Positions 57,301 to 58,950 of a stretch of 58,950 nucleotides of DNA are shown here, in pieces (position 1 is the stretch's first letter; every line of letters starts with the position of its first letter). The stretch lies in contig CALQZC010000001.1 in NCBI GenBank assembly GCA_943349045.1, forward strand, positions 1 to 58,950. The letters are read 5' to 3'. A program made the translations under genes and the position numbers. The notes below the pieces were generated by a model that searched no databases, was not told where the DNA came from, and saw only the letters and a program-made list of their open reading frames with translations. Origin of the DNA: Candidatus Peribacteria bacterium. GTDB lineage: Bacteria; Patescibacteriota; Gracilibacteria; UBA1369; UBA12463.

Positions 57301-58002
57301 CTAAGCCGCAAGACGTAACGCCCCTCTATCCACCGCATCCACGCGACTACGAACTCCACTGCTGATTTCACGGAGAGATTTCGTAGGACTCATGAGCCAA
57401 TCGTCAGCAATTGATCGGGGTTTTTGAGCTCGAGCAGGAGCCACAGGAAATTGGTAAATTTTCGCCTCCCGAGCAGGAGCTGCTTGTGCCTGAACCTCAG
57501 ACACTCTCGTCAAACGAGAAAGTGCAGGAGCAACCGGAGCCGCAAGAGACTCTCGATTCATATTCGCAAGCGGATCATAATCAAGATCACCACGAGCAAC
57601 AGCGCGCTGGCGAACCTGATCATAGAACATATCTGTTAACGGAGTCTCATCCATCCGCCCCTGACGTTGAAAATCCTGGAATACAGAATATGGATTATCA
57701 ACAGGAATATTGGCTTGTTTTGGCCAAAATTCAACACCGAACATCCCCTTTGTCGTCGTACCACGAGTCGGCTCACGCGCAATCGACCCAGACCTAATCT
57801 CGGGCATATCGAGTCGAATCTGTGAAAATTTTGATACAGGAGCTGGAGGATTCTGAAGAGTTTGCATCACGCGCTCACGCACGGCAGGACGCGGATCGAC
57901 ACTCGCAGGAAGGTACGACGCAAGAGCATCTTTCGCCTTACCAGCTAGAGAAGAAACTTTTTCTTTTATGGAACTAAATGCCGAACTTAAACGTGAAAAC
58001 AT
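57301..58002 (-). CDS. hypothetical protein
   Basis: 233-aa ORF, convergent with serS, no motif recognised. Confidence 0.5.
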   Translation of the reverse strand: MFSRLSSAFSSIKEKVSSLAGKAKDALASYLPASVDPRPAVRERVMQTLQNPPAPVSKFSQIRLDMPEIRSGSIAREPTRGTTTKGMFGVEFWPKQANIPVDNPYSVFQDFQRQGRMDETPLTDMFYDQVRQRAVARGDLDYDPLANMNRESLAAPVAPALSRLTRVSEVQAQAAPAREAKIYQFPVAPARAQKPRSIADDWLMSPTKSLREISSGVRSRVDAVDRGALRLAA

Positions 58003-58189
58003 GATGAAAGGAAAGAAATAGTGCTCGCGGAGTATACAAAGAACAGGCGGAAAAAACTATCTCTGAGGATTGACGTAAAAAATCTTTATGAAGGCACCAG
58101 ATCACACCGGCAACTCTCTCGTATTTCAAGCTAAAATCCACTAAAAAACCATGAAAATCATAGTCGTCAAGAGCAAATACGCTTTTCCT

Positions 58190-58217
58190 TTGACTTTACC
58201 AGATTTTTCCATAGAAT
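58190..58217 (+). promoter_or_regulatory. candidate rpoB promoter
   Basis: TTGACT (58190..58195), 16-bp spacer, TAGAAT (58212..58217), 83 nt before the ATG. Confidence 0.45.
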
Positions 58218-58300
58218 CAACAAAGCTATCACGCCCTAAAGATGTGTTGTGAGAGATAGCTACTTTCCTGCTTTTCCAATCTCTTACACCCCTTTTCCCT

Positions 58301-58950
58301 ATGGCAAAAAAAGATAAGAAAACAGCCGCAAAAACAAAAAAGCCAGTCGCAAAAGTATCCAAACCCGTCGTCAAGGCAAAGCCAAAGAAGCCAGCTCCAA
58401 AGGCTGCCTCAAAGCCAGTTGCTAAGAAAGCAGCAGCTCTGGTTAAAGTTGCCTCAAAACCAGCTTCAAAGCCAGTAGTAACCATCAAAAAGGCTCCTGC
58501 TCCAGCCGCAAAGCCAGTTGCGAGTGTAAAGGCACCAGAGAAGCGCTCCGGCCCTTCCCATGAAATTATCAAGCCATCAAACCTGAATACGGACGTTTTT
58601 GACCTTCAGAATGAGAAAATCCGTAACTATTATACCCCAAGTCTCGACAATACCGTCCAGCTTCCGAACCTGATCGAGATTCAGCTCGACTCCTATAAGT
58701 GGTTCCTCGAACAGGGTATCCGTGAACTCCTCGATGAAATTAACCCAATCTCAGACTTCTCGGGAAAGAAGCTCGAGATGCACTTCCTTGACCACACCCT
58801 CGGTGAAATCAAGTACGACGCAGAAACGGCACGACAGAAAAATATCACCTACGAAGCACCGCTGAAGGTTCACGTTCAGCTCATCAACAAAGCAACGGGA
58901 GAAATCAAGGAGCAGGATGTGTTCCTTGGCTCTATTCCTCTTATGACGAA
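58301..58950 (+). CDS. rpoB: DNA-directed RNA polymerase beta subunit, 5-prime part, with Lys/Ala/Pro-rich N-terminal extension (runs off the window)
   Basis: My own translation from the ATG at 58301 gives MAKKDKKTAAKTKKPVAKVSKPVVKAKPKKPAPKAASKPVAKK... and then LPNLIEIQLDSYKWFL...ITYEAPLKVHVQLINKATGEIKEQDVFLGSIPLMT, the canonical RpoB N-terminus. The ORF is absent from the track because it has no stop within the window. Confidence 0.9.
   Translation, partial: MAKKDKKTAAKTKKPVAKVSKPVVKAKPKKPAPKAASKPVAKKAAALVKVASKPASKPVVTIKKAPAPAAKPVASVKAPEKRSGPSHEIIKPSNLNTDVFDLQNEKIRNYYTPSLDNTVQLPNLIEIQLDSYKWFLEQGIRELLDEINPISDFSGKKLEMHFLDHTLGEIKYDAETARQKNITYEAPLKVHVQLINKATGEIKEQDVFLGSIPLMT

Noticed and set aside
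58141-58572. 143-aa minus-strand ORF rich in Ala/Gly/Phe
   Set aside because: It is the antisense reading of the Lys/Ala/Pro-rich N-terminal extension of rpoB. The plus-strand frame continues into unmistakable RpoB sequence.

Overview
This is a compact, gene-dense bacterial window with about 60 protein genes and frequent start/stop overlaps. Standard code 11 reads cleanly. I found no rRNA, tRNA, CRISPR array, transposase, integrase or reverse transcriptase by eye.

Housekeeping content:
- class II ribonucleotide reductase (nrdJ) and ComEC
- groES-groEL, and hrcA-grpE ... dnaK, each chaperone unit behind a CIRCE operator
- RNase Y
- a cell-wall block: LCP, pseudouridine synthase, DD-carboxypeptidase, mraY
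- an ECF sigma / FecR anti-sigma pair fused to a class I aldolase - FBPase run
- rsmH plus an ftsL-like gene, tsaC, gap, serS
- the 5-prime end of rpoB, not in the ORF track because it runs off the window

The gene content fits a small-genome uncultivated bacterium such as Patescibacteria/CPR: lamin-tail-domain protein, class I aldolase, many K/E-rich orphans. That placement is inference only.

The accessory material holds the interesting signals:
1. A nearly identical 29-bp promoter-operator cassette (TTGACG-GTGAGTrTTTrCTCACC-TATAmT) sits in front of a Bro-N/DinD-like gene at 14 kb and a 5-prime-truncated KilA-N gene at 52.3 kb. A degenerate copy precedes a hicB-like gene.
2. The exonuclease + Bro-N/DinD pair is bracketed by ~50-nt direct repeats.
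3. A ~9-kb island lies between dnaK and serS. It carries a trypco2-like gene, an HTH-Panacea/RelE-like pair, a secreted beta-helix + SWIM pair, HicBA, a tandem-repeat miniprotein, RhuM, a methyltransferase-like gene and decayed genes.
4. An MntA/HepT toxin-antitoxin pair is spliced onto the end of hrcA-grpE.
5. There is a DUF5678 + retropepsin pair.
6. RpoB carries a ~90-residue Lys/Ala/Pro-rich N-terminal tail.

All family assignments come from motifs read in the translations. No database search was run.
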